DNA of 64,000 bases, from NCBI RefSeq assembly GCF_009914755.1, contig NC_060933.1; one strand, given 5' to 3'. The position numbers and the translations under genes were made by a program. Below are positions 1 to 13,189 of this stretch, in pieces. Numbering within the stretch: the stretch's first letter is position 1; the number at the start of each line of letters is the position of its first letter. Under the pieces are notes generated by a model that ran no database searches, was not told the DNA's origin, and saw nothing but the letters and a program-made list of their open reading frames with translations. Source of the stretch: the human T2T-CHM13v2.0 reference genome, Homo sapiens.

Positions 1-2640
1 TGAATGGAATGGAATGGAATTATCGCGAGTGCAGGGGAATGTAATGGAACGAAATGCAATGGAATGGAATCATCCGGAATGGAATGGAATGGAATGGAAT
101 GGAATGGAATGGAATGGAATCAACCCGAGTGCAATGGAATGGATTGGAATGGAATGTAATGGAACAACCCGAATGGAATGTAATGTAATGCAGAGTAAGG
201 GAGTTGAATGGAATCAATCCGAATGTAATGGAATGGAATGCAACGGAATGGAATTGAATGGAATGAAATGGAATGCAATGGAATGCAATCAACCCGAGTA
301 CAATGGAATGGAATGGAATGGAATGGAATGGAATGGAATGGAATGGAATGCCTTCAAACCGAATGGAATGGAAAGGAATGGAATCAACACGAGTGGAATG
401 GAATGGAATGGATTGGAATGGAATGGAATGGAATGATACGGAATAGAATGGAATGGAACGAAATGGAATGGAATGGAATGGAATGGAATGGAATGGAATG
501 GAATGGAATGGAATGGAATGGAATGGAATGGTTCCGAGTGGAATAGGAGGGAATGTATTCGAGTGGAATGGAAAGGAATGGAATGGAATGGAAAGGAATA
601 CATTGGAATCAACCCGAGTGGAATGGAATGGAAAGGACTGGAATGGAGTGGAATGGAATGGAATGGAATGGAATGGAATCAACTCGAATGGAATGGAATG
701 GAATGGAATGGAATAGAAAGGAATTAACCCGAATAGAATGGAATGGAATGGAATGGAACGGAACGGAACGGAACGGAATGGAATGGAATGGAATGGAATG
801 GAATGGAACGGAAAGGAATGGAATGGAATGGAATGGAACGGAATGGAATGGAATGGAATGGAATCAACGCGAGTGCAGAGGAATGGAATGGAATGGAATG
901 CAATGGAATGGAATCTTCCGGAATGGAATGGATTTGAATGGAATGGAATGGAATGGAATGGAATAAACCCGAGGGCAATGGAATAGAGTGGAATGGAATG
1001 CAGTGGAATGGAATCAACCCGAGTGCAATCGAATGGAATCGAATGGAATGGAATGCAATGGAATGGATTCAACTTGAATGGAATGGAAAGAATGGAATCA
1101 ACACGAGTGGAAGGGCATGGATTGGAATGCAATGGAATGGAATCAACCCGAGTACAGGGGAATGGAATGGAATGGAATGCAATGGAATGGAATCATCCGT
1201 AATGGAATGGAAAGGAATGGAATGGAATGGAATGGAATGGAATGGAATGGAATGGAATCAACACGACTGCAATCGAATGGAATGGAATGGAATTATCCCG
1301 AATAGAATGGAATGGAATGGAATGGAACAGAACGGAATGGAATGGAATGGAATGGAATGGAACGGAACGGAACGGAATGGAATGGAATGGAATGGAATGG
1401 AATGGAATCAACGCGAGTGCAGGGGAATGAAATGGAATGGAATCATCCGGAATGGAATGGAATGGAATGGAATGGAATGGAATGGAATCAACCCGAGTGC
1501 AATGGAATGGAATGGATTGGAATAAACCCGAATAGAATGGAATGGAATGGAATGGAACGGAACGGAACGGAACGGAATGGAATGGAATGGAATGGAATGG
1601 AATGGAATGGAACGGAAAGGAATGGAATGGAATGGAATGGAATGGAATGGAATGGAATGGAATGATACGGAATAGAATGGAATGGAACGAAATGGAATGG
1701 AATGGAATGGAATGGAATGGAATGGAATGAACCCGTGTGCAATGGAATGGAATGGAATGGAATGGAATGGATTCAACTCGAATGGAATCAACTCGATTGC
1801 AATGGAATGGAATGGAATGGAATGGAATCGAATGGAATGGAATGGAATTAACCGGAATAGAATGGAATGGAATGGAATGGAATGGAACGGAATGGAATGG
1901 AATGGAATGGAATGGAATGGAATGGAATGGAATGGAATCAACCCGAGTGCAGGGGAATGGAATGGAATGGAATGCAATGGAATGGAATCATCCGGAATGG
2001 AATGGAATGGAATGGAATGCAATCAACCTGATGCAGTGGAATGGAGTGGAATGGAATGGAATGGAATGGTAACATCCCGAATGGAATGGAATGTAATGTA
2101 ATGGAGTGTAAGGGAATTGAGTAGAATCAATCCGAATGTAATGGAATGGAATGGAATGAAATGGAATGGAATGGAATCAACCCGAGTGCAATGGAATGGA
2201 TTCGAATGGAATGGAATGGAATGGAATGGATTCAACAAGAATGGAATGGAAAGGAATGGAATCAACCCGAGTGTAATGGCATGGAATGGAATGGAATGGA
2301 ATGGAATGGGATGGAATGGAATGGTACGGAATAGAATGGAATGTAATGAAATGGAATGGAATGGAATGGAATGGAATGGAATGGAATGGAATGGAATGAA
2401 CCCGTGTGCAATGGAATGGAATGGAATGGAATGGAATGGAATGGATTCAACTCGAATGGAATCAACTCGATTGCAATGGAATGGAATGGAATTGAAAGGA
2501 ATAGAATGGAAACAACCCGAGTGGAATGGAATGGAAAGGACTGGAATGGAGTGGAATGGAATGGAATGGAATTAACCCGAATAGAATGAAATGGAACGGA
2601 ATGGAATGGAATGGAATGGAATGGAATGGAATGGAATCAA
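1..2640 (+). repeat. Satellite block, copy 1 of a family repeated at ~21761-24720 and partly at ~26894-28630
   Basis: Shared private variants: CAGAGTAAGGGAGTTGAATGG at 191/21951/27084, GTGCAGAGG, GGATTTGAAT at 930/22670/27813, CACGACTGC, TTATCCCG, CAACCTGATGC at 2024/24103, CAACAAGAAT at 2233/24312. Matching ORF pairs 2023..2265 and 24102..24344. Confidence 0.85.
910..924. promoter_or_regulatory. Perfect three-unit heat-shock element motif (nGAAnnTTCnnGAAn), first of ~48 in the window; motif match only
   Basis: GGAATCTTCCGGAAT parses as gGAAt/cTTCc/gGAAt, the canonical inverted nGAAn array bound by HSF1 trimers. Occupancy cannot be shown from sequence. Confidence 0.6.
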
Positions 2641-5600
2641 CCCGAGTGCAGGGGAATGGAATGGAATGGAATGCAATGGAATGGAATCTTCCGGAATGGA
2701 ATGGAATGGAATGGAATGAAATGCAATGGATTCAACTCGATTGCAATGGAATGGAATAGAATGGAATGGAATGGAATGGAATGGAATTAACCCGAATAGA
2801 ATGGAATGGAATGGAATGGAACGGAATGGAACGGAATGGAATGGAATGGAATGGAATGGAATGGTATGGAATGGAATGGAATGGTACGGAATAGAATGGA
2901 ATGGAACGAATTGTAATGGAATGGAATTGAATGGAATGGAATGGAATGGAATGGAATCAACGCGAGTGCAGGGGAATGTAATGGAACGGAATGCAATGGA
3001 ATGGAATCATCCGGAATGGAATGGAATGGAATGGAATGGAATGGAATCAACCCGAGTGCAATGGAATGGAGTGGAATGGAATGGACTGGAATGGAACAAC
3101 CCGAATGGAAGGGAATGTAATGGAGAGTAAGGGAGTTGAATAGAATCAATCGGAATGTAATGGAATGGAATGCAACGGAATGGAATGGAATGGAATGGAA
3201 TGGAATGGAATGGAATGCAAAGGAATGGAATCAACCCGAGTGGAATGGCATGGAATGGAATGCAATGGAATGGAATGGAATGGAATCAAGTCGAATGGAA
3301 AGGAATGGAATGGAATGGAAAGAGATGGAATGAAATCAACTCGAGTGGAATGGAATGGAATGGATTGGAATGGATTGCAATGGAATGAAATGGAATGGAA
3401 TGGAATGGAATGGAATGGAATGGAATGGAATGGAATGGAATCGTTCCGAGTGGAATAGGAAGGAATGTATTCGAGTGGAATGGAAAGGAATGGAATCAAC
3501 CATAGTGGAATGGAAGGGAATGGAATGTAATGGAAACTAATAGAATGGAATCAACCCGAGTGGAATGGAATGGAAAGGACTGGAATGGAATGGAATGGAA
3601 TGGAATCAACTCGATTGTAATGGAATGGAATGGAATGGAATGGAATGGAATTAACCCGAATACAATGGAATGGAATGGAATGGAACGGAATGGAGTGGAA
3701 TGGAATGGAATCAACCCGAGTGCAGGGGAATGGAATGGAATGGAATGCAATGGAATGGAATCATCCGGAATGGAATGGAATGGAATGGAATGCAAAGCAA
3801 TGGAATCAACTCGATTGCAATGGAATGGAATGGAATGGAAAGGAATACATTGGAATCAACCCGAGTGGAATGGAATGGAAAGGACTGGAATGGAGTGGAA
3901 CGGAATGGAATGGAATGGAATGGAATGGAATCAACTCGATTGGAATGGAATGGAATGGAATGGAATGGAATGGAATTAACCCGAGTAGAAAGGAATGGAA
4001 TGCAATGGAACGGAACGGAACGGAATGGAATGGAATGGAATGGAATGGAATGGAATGGAATGGAATGGAATCAACCCGACTGCAGGGGAATGGAATGGAA
4101 TGGAATGCAATGGAATGGATTCAACTTGAATGGCATGGAAAGAATGGAATCAACACGAGTGGAATGGCATGGATTGGAATGGAATGGAATGGAATCAACC
4201 CCAGTACAGGGGAATGGAATAGAATGGAATGCAATGGAATGGAATCATCCGTAATGGAATGGAAAGGAATGGAATGGAATGGAATGGAATGGAATGGAAT
4301 GGAATGGAATGCAATGGAATCAACGCGAGTGCAGGGGAATGGAATGGAATGGAATGCAATGGAATGGAATCTTCCGGAATGGAATGGAATCGAATGGAAT
4401 GGAATGGAATGGAATGGAATCAACCCCAGTGCAATGGAATGGAGTGGAATGGAATGGAATGGAATGGAACAACCCGAATGGAATGGAATGTAATGGAGAC
4501 TAAGGGAGATGAATAGAATCAATCCGAATGTAATGGAATGGAATGGAACGGAATGGAATTGAATGGAATGGAATGGAATGCAATGGAATGGAATCAACCC
4601 GAGTGCAATGGAATGGAGAGGAATGGAATGGAATGGAATGGAAACTACCCGAATGGAATGGAATGTAATGGAGTGTAAGGGAATTGAATAGAATCAATCC
4701 GAATGTAATGGAATGGAATGAAACGGAATGGAATGGAATGGAATGGAATGGAATGGAATGGAATGGAATGGAATGGAATGCAATGGAATGGAATCAACCC
4801 GAGTGCAATCGAATGGAATGGAATGGAATGGAATGCAATGGAATGGATTCAACTTGAATGGAATGGAAAGAATTGAATCAACACGAGTGGAAGGGCATGG
4901 ATTGGAATGCAATGGAATGGAATCAACCCGAGTACAGGGGAATGGAATGGAATGGAATGCAATGGAATGGAATCATCCGTAATGGAATGGAAAGGAATGG
5001 AATGGAATGGAATGGAATGGAATGGAATGGAATGGAATGGAATGGAATGGAATCAACACGATTGCAATCGAATGGAATGGAATGGAATTAACCCGAATAG
5101 AATGGAATGGAATGGAATGGAACGGAACGGAATGGAATGGAATGGAATGGAATGGAACGGAACGGAACGGAACGGAATGGAATGGAATGGAATGGAACGG
5201 AATGGAATCAACGCGAGTGCAGGGGAATGGAATGGAATGGAATGCAATGGAATGGAATCTTCCGGAATGGAATGGAATGTAATGGAATGAAATGCAATGG
5301 ATTCAACTCGATTGCAATGGAATGGAATAGAATGGAATGGAATGGATTGGAATGGAATTAACCCGAATAGAATGGAATGGAATGGAATGGAACGGAATGG
5401 AACGGAATGGAACGGAATGGAATGGAATGGAATGGAATGGTATGGAATGGAATGGAATGGTACGGAATAGAATGGAATGGAACGAATTGTAATGGAATGG
5501 AATTGAATGGAATGGAATGGAATGGAATGGAATCAACGCGAGTGCAGGGGAATGTAATGGAACGGAATGCAATGGAATGGAATCATCCGGAATGGAATGG

Positions 5601-5800
5601 AATGGAATGGAATGGAATGGAATGGAATGGAATCAACCCGAGTGCAATGGAATGGAGTGGAATGGAATGGAATGGAATGGAACAACCCGAATGGAATGGA
5701 ATGTAATGGAGAGTAAGGGAGTTGAATAGAATCAATCGGAATGTAATGGAATGGAATGCAACGGAATGGAATGGAATGGAATGGAATGGAATGGAATGGA
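2640..5800 (+). repeat. ~3.1 kb block duplicated at ~11530-14630 (offset ~8.84-8.89 kb)
   Basis: GAGACTAAGGGAGATGA at 4496/13371, AAAGAATTGAATCAACACG at ~4867/13727, CAACCCCAGTGC at 4421/13284. Matching ORFs 4500..4697 and 13375..13572. Confidence 0.8.
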
Positions 5801-6450
5801 AAGGAATGGAATGCATGGAATGGAATGGAATGGAATGGAATGGAATGGAATGGAATGGAATCAACGCGAGTGCAGGGGAATGGAATGGAATGGAATGCAA
5901 TGGAATGGAATCTTCCGGAATGGAATGGAATGGAATGGAATGGAATGAAATGCAATTGATTCAACTCGATTGCAATGGAATGGAATAGAATGGAATGGAA
6001 TGGAATGGAATGGAATGGAATGGAATTAACCCGAATAGAATGAAATGGAATGGAATGGAACGGAATGGAACGGAATGGAATGGAATGGAATGGAATGGAA
6101 TGGTATGGAATGGAATGGAATGGTACGGAATAGAATGGAATGGAACGAATTGTAATGGAATGGAATTGAATGGAATGGAATGGAATGGAATGGAATCAAC
6201 ACGAGTGCAGGGGAATGTAATGGAACGGAATGCAATGGAATGGAATCATCCGGAATGGAATGGAATGGAATGGAATGGAATGGAATGGAATCAACCCGAG
6301 TGCAATGGAATGGAGTGGAATGGAATGGAATGGAATGGAACAACCCAAATGGAATGGAATGTAATGGAGAGTAAGGGAGTTGAATAGAATCAATCCGAAT
6401 GTAATGGAATGGAATGCAACGGAATGGAATGGAATGGAATGGAATGGAAT
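5205..6450 (+). repeat. Tandem duplication, ~655 bp unit (~5205-5800 and ~5860-6450)
   Basis: The same motif order is repeated: CAACGCGAG, TCTTCCGG at 5254/5907, TGGTATGG, TGGTACGG, ACGAATTGT, GAGTAAGGGA at 5711/6369. A 4-nt GCAT phase break lies at ~5813 between the copies. Confidence 0.75.
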
Positions 6451-6899
6451 GGAATGCAATGGAATGGAATCAACCCGAGTACAATGGAATGGAATGGAAT
6501 GGAATGGAATGGAATGATACGGAATAGAATGGAATGGAACGAAATGGAATGGAATTGAATGGAATGGAATTGTTCCGAGTGGAATAGGAGGGAATGTATT
6601 CGAGTGGAATGGAAAGGAATGGAATCAACCAGAGTGGAATGGAAGGGAATGCAATGGAATGGAAACTAATAGAATGGAATCAACCCGAGTGGAATGGAAT
6701 GGAAAAGACTGGAATGGAAAGGAATGGAATGGAATGGAATGCAATGGAATTGAATGGAATGGAATCAACGCGAGTGCAGGGGAATGCAATGGAATCGAAT
6801 GGAATGGAATGGAATGGAATGGAATCAACCCGAGTGCAGGGGAATGTAATGGAACGGAATGCAATGGAATGGAATCATCCGGAATGAATGGAATGGAAT

Positions 6900-7420
6900 G
6901 GAATGGAATCAACCCGAGTGCAATGGAATGGAGTGGAATGGAATGGAATGGAATGGAACAACCCGAATGGAATGGAATGTAATGGAGAGTAAGGGAGTTA
7001 AAAAGAATCAATCCGAATGTAATGGAATGGAATGGAATGGAATGGAATGAAATGGAATGGAATGGAATGGTATGCAATGGAATGGAATCAACCCGAGTAC
7101 TATGGAATGGAAGGGAATGGAATGGAATGGAATGGAATGGAATGGAATGCAATGGAATGGAATCTTCCGGAATGGAATGGAATGGAATGGAATGGAATGC
7201 AATGGATTCAACTCGATTGCAATGGAATGGAATAGAATGGAATGGAATGGAATGGAATGGAATGGAATGGAATTAAACCGAATAGAATGGAATGGAATGG
7301 AATGGAAAGGAACGGAACGGAACGGAACGGAACGGAGTGGAATGGAATGGAATGGAATTGTATGGAATGGAATGGAATGGTACGGAATAGAATGGAATGG
7401 AAAGAATTGGAATGGAATGG
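6900..7420 (+). repeat. ~520 bp block duplicated at ~9265-9790 (offset 2367)
   Basis: AAGGGAGTTAAAAAGAATC at 6991/9358, GGTATGCAAT, GAGTACTATGGAATGGAAGGG, TTAAACCG and AAAGAATTGG all lie at offset 2367. ORFs 7022..7276 and 9389..9643 are near-identical. Confidence 0.85.
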
Positions 7421-9261
7421 AATGGAATGGAATGGAATGCAATGGAATCAACTCGATTGCAATCGAATGGAATGGAATGGAATTAACCCGAATAGAATGG
7501 AATGGAATGGAATGGAACGGAACGGAATGGAATGGAGTGGAATGGAATGGAACGGAAAGGAATGGAAAGGAATGGAATGCAACGGAATGGAATGGAATGG
7601 AATCAATGCGAGTGCAGGGGAATGGAATGGAATGGAATGCAATGGAATGGAATCTTCCGGAATGGAATGGAATGGAATGGAATGAAATGCAATGGATTCA
7701 ACTCGATTGCAATGGAATGGAATAGAATGGAATGGAATGGAATGGAATGGAATTAACCCGAATAGAATGGAATGGAATGGAATGGAACGGAATGGAACGG
7801 AATGGAATGGAATGGAATGGAATGGAATGGTATGGAATGGAATGGAATGGTACGGAATAGAATGGAATGGAACGAATTGTAATGGAATGGAATTGAATGG
7901 AATGGAATGGAATCAACGCGAGTGCAGGGGAATGTAATGGAACGGAATGCAATGGAATGGAATCATCCGGAATGGAATGGAATGGAATGGAATGGAATGG
8001 AATCAACCCGAGTGCAATGGAATGGAGTGGAATGGAATGGAATGGAATGGAACATCCCGAATGGAATGGAATGTAATGGAGAGTAAGGGAGTTGAATAGA
8101 ATCAATCGGAATGTAATGGAATGGAATGCAACGGAATGGAATGGAATGGAATGGAATGGAATGGAATGGAATGCAAAGGAATGGAATCAACCCGAGTGGA
8201 ATGGCATGGAATGGAACGCAATGGAATGGAATGGAATGGAATCAAGTCGAATGGAAAGGAAAGGAATGGAATGGAAAGAGATGGAATGAAATCAACTCGA
8301 GTGGAATGGAATGGAATGGATTGGAATGGATTGCAATGGAATGAAATGGAATGGAATGGAATGGAATGGAATGGAATGGAATGGAATGGAATGGAATGGA
8401 ATCGTTCCGAGTGGAATAGGAAGGAATGTATTCGAGTGGAATGGAAAGGAATGGAATCAACCATAGTGGAATGGAAGGGAATGGAATGTAATGGAAACTA
8501 ATAGAATGGAATCAACCCGAGTGGAATGGAATGGAAAGGACTGGAATGGAATGGAATGGAATGGAATCAACTCGATTGTAATGGAATGGAATGGAATGGA
8601 ATGGAATGGAATTAACCCGAATACAATGGAATGGAATGGAATGGAACGGAATGGAGTGGAATGGAATGGAATCAACCCGAGTGCAGGGGAATGGAATGGA
8701 ATGGAATGCAATGGAATGGAATCATCCGGAATGGAATGGAATGGAATGGAATGCAAAGCAATGGAATCAACTCGATTGCAATGGAATGGAATGGAATGGA
8801 AAGGAATACATTGGAATCAACCCGAGTGGAATGGAATGGAAAGGACTGGAATGGAGTGGAACGGAATGGAATGGAATGGAATGGAATGGAATCAACTCGA
8901 TTGGAATGGAATGGAATGGAATGGAATGGAATGGAATTAACCCGAGTAGAAAGGAATGGAATGCAATGGAACGGAACGGAACGGAATGGAATGGAATGGA
9001 ATGGAATGGAATGGAATGGAATGGAATGGAATCAACCCAACTGCAGGGGAATGGAATGGAATGGAATGCAATGGAATGGATTCAACTTGAATGGCATGGA
9101 AAGAATGGAATCAACACGAGTGGAATGGCATGGATTGGAATGGAATGGAATGGAATCAACCCGAGTACAGGGGAATGGAATGGAATGGAATGCAATGGAA
9201 TGGAATCATCCGTAATGGAATGGATAGGAATGGAATGGAATGGAATGGAATGGAATGGAAT
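7414..9261 (+). repeat. ~1.85 kb near-identical duplication, copy 1 (copy 2 at 11338-13185; offset 3924)
   Basis: Constant 3924 offset for private variants CAATGCGAG (7604/11528), AACATCCCG (8051/11975), CAACCCAACTGC (9033/12957) and GGATAGG (9222/13146). About a dozen ORF pairs have identical translations at the same offset. Confidence 0.93.
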
Positions 9262-11337
9262 GGAATGGAATGGAATCAACCCGAGTGCAATGGAATGGAG
9301 TGGAATGGAATGGAATGGAATGGAACAACCCGAATGGAATGGAATGTAATGGAGAGTAAGGGAGTTAAAAAGAATCAATCCGAATGTAATGGAATGGAAT
9401 GGAACGGAATGGAATGAAATGGAATGGAATGGAATGGTATGCAATGGAATGGAATCAACCCGAGTACTATGGAATGGAAGGGAATGGAATGGAATGGAAT
9501 GGAATGGAATGGAATGCAATGGAATGGAATCTTCCGGAATGGAATGGAATGGAATGGAATGGAATGCAATGGATTCAACTCGATTGCAATGGAATGGAAT
9601 AGAATGGAATGGAATGGAATGGAATGGAATGGAATGGAATTAAACCGAATAGAATGGAATGGAATGGAATGGAAAGGAACGGAACGGAACGGAACGGAAC
9701 GGAGTGGAATGGAATGGAATGGAATTGTATGGAATGGAATGGAATGGTACGGAATAGAATGGAATGGAAAGAATTGGAATGGAATGGAATCGAATGGAAT
9801 GGAATGGAAAGGAATGGAATCAACCCGAGTGCAGGGGAATGTAACGGAAAGGAATGCAATGGAATGGAATCATCCGGAATGGAATGGAATTGAATGGAAT
9901 GGAATGGAATGGAATCAATCCGAGTGCAATGGAATGGAGTGGAATGGAATGGAATGGAATGGAACAACCCGAATGGAATGGAATGTAATGGAGAGTAAGG
10001 GAGTTGAATAGAATCAATCCGAATGTAATGGAATGGAATGCAACGGAATGGAATGGAATGGAATGCAATGGAATGGAATCAACCCGAGTACAATGGGATG
10101 GAATGGACTGGAATGGAATGGAATGGAATGGAATGGAATGGAATGCCTTCAAACCGAATGGAATGGAAAGGAATGAAATCAACACGAGTGGAATGGAATG
10201 GAATGGAATGGAATGGAATGGAATGATACGGAATAGAATGGAATGGAACGAAATGGAATGGAATGGAATGGAATGGAATGGAATGGAATGGAATCGTTCC
10301 AAGAGGAATAGGAGGGAATGTATTTGAGTGGAATGGAAAGGAATGGAATCAACCAGAGTGGAATGGAAGGGAATGGAATGGAATGGAAACTAATAGAATG
10401 GAATCAACCCGAGTGGAATGGAATGGAAAGGACTGGAATGGAAAGGAATGGAATGGAATGGAATGGAATGGAATGGAATGGAATGGAATGGAATCAACGC
10501 GAGTGCAGGGGAATGGAATGGAATCGAATGGAATGGAATGGAATGGAATGGAATCAACCCGAGTGCAGGGGAATGTAATGGAACGGAATGCAATGGAATG
10601 GAATCATCCGAAATGGAATGCAATGGAATGGAATGGAATGGAATCAACCCGAGTGCAATGGAATGGAAAGGACTGGAATGGAGTGGAATGGAATGGAATG
10701 GAATGGAATGGAATGGAATGGAACAACCCGAATGGAATGGAATGTAATGGAGAGTAAGGGAGTTGAATAGAATCAGTCCGAATGTAATGGAATGGAATGC
10801 AACGGAGTGGAATGGAATGGAATGGAATGGAATGCAATGGAATGGAATCAACCTGAGTACAATGGAATGGAATGGAATGGAATGGAATGGAATGGAATGG
10901 AATGGAATGGAATGATATGGAATAGAATGGAATGTAACGAAATGGAATGGAATGGAATGGAATGGAATGGAATGGAATGGAATGGAATGGAATGGAATCG
11001 TTCCGACTGGAATAGGAGGGAATGTATTCGAGTGGAATGGAAAAGAATGGAATCAACCAGAGTGGAATGGAAGGGAATGGAATGGAATGGAATGGAATGG
11101 AATGGAATGCAATGGAATGGAATCAACCCGAGTGCAATCGAATGGAATCAAATGGAATGGAATGCAATGGAATGGATTCAACTTGAATGGAAAAGAAAGA
11201 ATGGAATCAACACGAGTGGAATGGCATGGATTGGAATGGAATGGAATGGAATCAACCCGAGTACAGGGGAATGGAATGGAATGGAATGCAATGGAACGGA
11301 ATCATCAGTAATGGAATGGAAAGGAAGGGAAAGGACT

Positions 11338-13185
11338 GGAATGGAATGGAATGGAATGGAATGCAATGGAATCAACTCGATTGCAATCGAATGGAATGGA
11401 ATGGAATTAACCCGAATAGAATGGAATGGAATGGAATGGAACGGAACGGAATGGAATGGAGTGGAATGGAATGGAACGGAAAGGAATGGAAAGGAATGGA
11501 ATGCAACGGAATGGAATGGAATGGAATCAATGCGAGTGCAGGGGAATGGAATGGAATGGAATGCAATGGAATGGAATCTTCCGGAATGGAATGGAATGGA
11601 ATGGAATGAAATGCAATGGATTCAACTCGATTGCAATGGAATGGAATAGAATGGAATGGAATGGAATGGAATGGAATTAACCCGAATAGAATGGAATGGA
11701 ATGGAATGGAACGGAATGGAACGGAATGGAATGGAATGGAATGGAATGGAATGGTATGGAATGGAATGGAATGGTACGGAATAGAATGGAATGGAACGAA
11801 TTGTAATGGAATGGAATTGAATGGAATGGAATGGAATCAACGCGAGTGCAGGGGAATGTAATGGAACGGAATGCAATGGAATGGAATCATCCGGAATGGA
11901 ATGGAATGGAATGGAATGGAATGGAATCAACCCGAGTGCAATGGAATGGAGTGGAATGGAATGGAATGGAATGGAACATCCCGAATGGAATGGAATGTAA
12001 TGGAGAGTAAGGGAGTTGAATAGAATCAATCGGAATGTAATGGAATGGAATGCAACGGAATGGAATGGAATGGAATGGAATGGAATGGAATGGAATGCAA
12101 AGGAATGGAATCAACCCGAGTGGAATGGCATGGAATGGAACGCAATGGAATGGAATGGAATGGAATCAAGTCGAATGGAAAGGAAAGGAATGGAATGGAA
12201 AGAGATGGAATGAAATCAACTCGAGTGGAATGGAATGGAATGGATTGGAATGGATTGCAATGGAATGAAATGGAATGGAATGGAATGGAATGGAATGGAA
12301 TGGAATGGAATGGAATGGAATGGAATCGTTCCGAGTGGAATAGGAAGGAATGTATTCGAGTGGAATGGAAAGGAATGGAATCAACCATAGTGGAATGGAA
12401 GGGAATGGAATGTAATGGAAACTAATAGAATGGAATCAACCCGAGTGGAATGGAATGGAAAGGACTGGAATGGAATGGAATGGAATGGAATCAACTCGAT
12501 TGTAATGGAATGGAATGGAATGGAATGGAATGGAATTAACCCGAATACAATGGAATGGAATGGAATGGAACGGAATGGAGTGGAATGGAATGGAATCAAC
12601 CCGAGTGCAGGGGAATGGAATGGAATGGAATGCAATGGAATGGAATCATCCGGAATGGAATGGAATGGAATGGAATGCAAAGCAATGGAATCAACTCGAT
12701 TGCAATGGAATGGAATGGAATGGAAAGGAATACATTGGAATCAACCCGAGTGGAATGGAATGGAAAGGACTGGAATGGAGTGGAACGGAATGGAATGGAA
12801 TGGAATGGAATGGAATCAACTCGATTGGAATGGAATGGAATGGAATGGAATGGAATGGAATTAACCCGAGTAGAAAGGAATGGAATGCAATGGAACGGAA
12901 CGGAACGGAATGGAATGGAATGGAATGGAATGGAATGGAATGGAATGGAATGGAATCAACCCAACTGCAGGGGAATGGAATGGAATGGAATGCAATGGAA
13001 TGGATTCAACTTGAATGGCATGGAAAGAATGGAATCAACACGAGTGGAATGGCATGGATTGGAATGGAATGGAATGGAATCAACCCGAGTACAGGGGAAT
13101 GGAATGGAATGGAATGCAATGGAATGGAATCATCCGTAATGGAATGGATAGGAATGGAATGGAATGGAATGGAATGGAATGGAAT
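11338..13185 (+). repeat. ~1.85 kb near-identical duplication, copy 2 of 7414-9261
   Basis: Same markers as copy 1. ORFs 11372..11566, 11616..11861 and 12555..13139 are identical to 7448..7642, 7692..7937 and 8631..9215. Confidence 0.93.
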
Positions 13186-13189
13186 GCAA

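Noticed and set aside
30-40. GGGG tracts (GCAGGGGAAT) as G-quadruplex motifs
   Set aside because: The G3+ tracts are isolated, typically tens to hundreds of bp apart. Four closely spaced tracts never occur.
465-529. Pathogenic SCA31-type (TGGAA)n expansion
   Set aside because: Pure runs are short and embedded in constitutive satellite with no flanking gene or TAAAA repeat context.
3441-3480. TCGTTCCGAG resembling part of a CENP-B box
   Set aside because: It lacks the required TTCG....A..CGGG arrangement and is a variant of the satellite cassette.
6991-7015. AATAAA and A-rich motifs (TTAAAAAG here; AATAAACCCG elsewhere) as polyadenylation or termination signals
   Set aside because: They are one- or two-base variants of the cassette (CAACCCG>AAACCCG; TTGAATAG>TTAAAAAG) with no downstream GU/U-rich element. 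There is no support for function.
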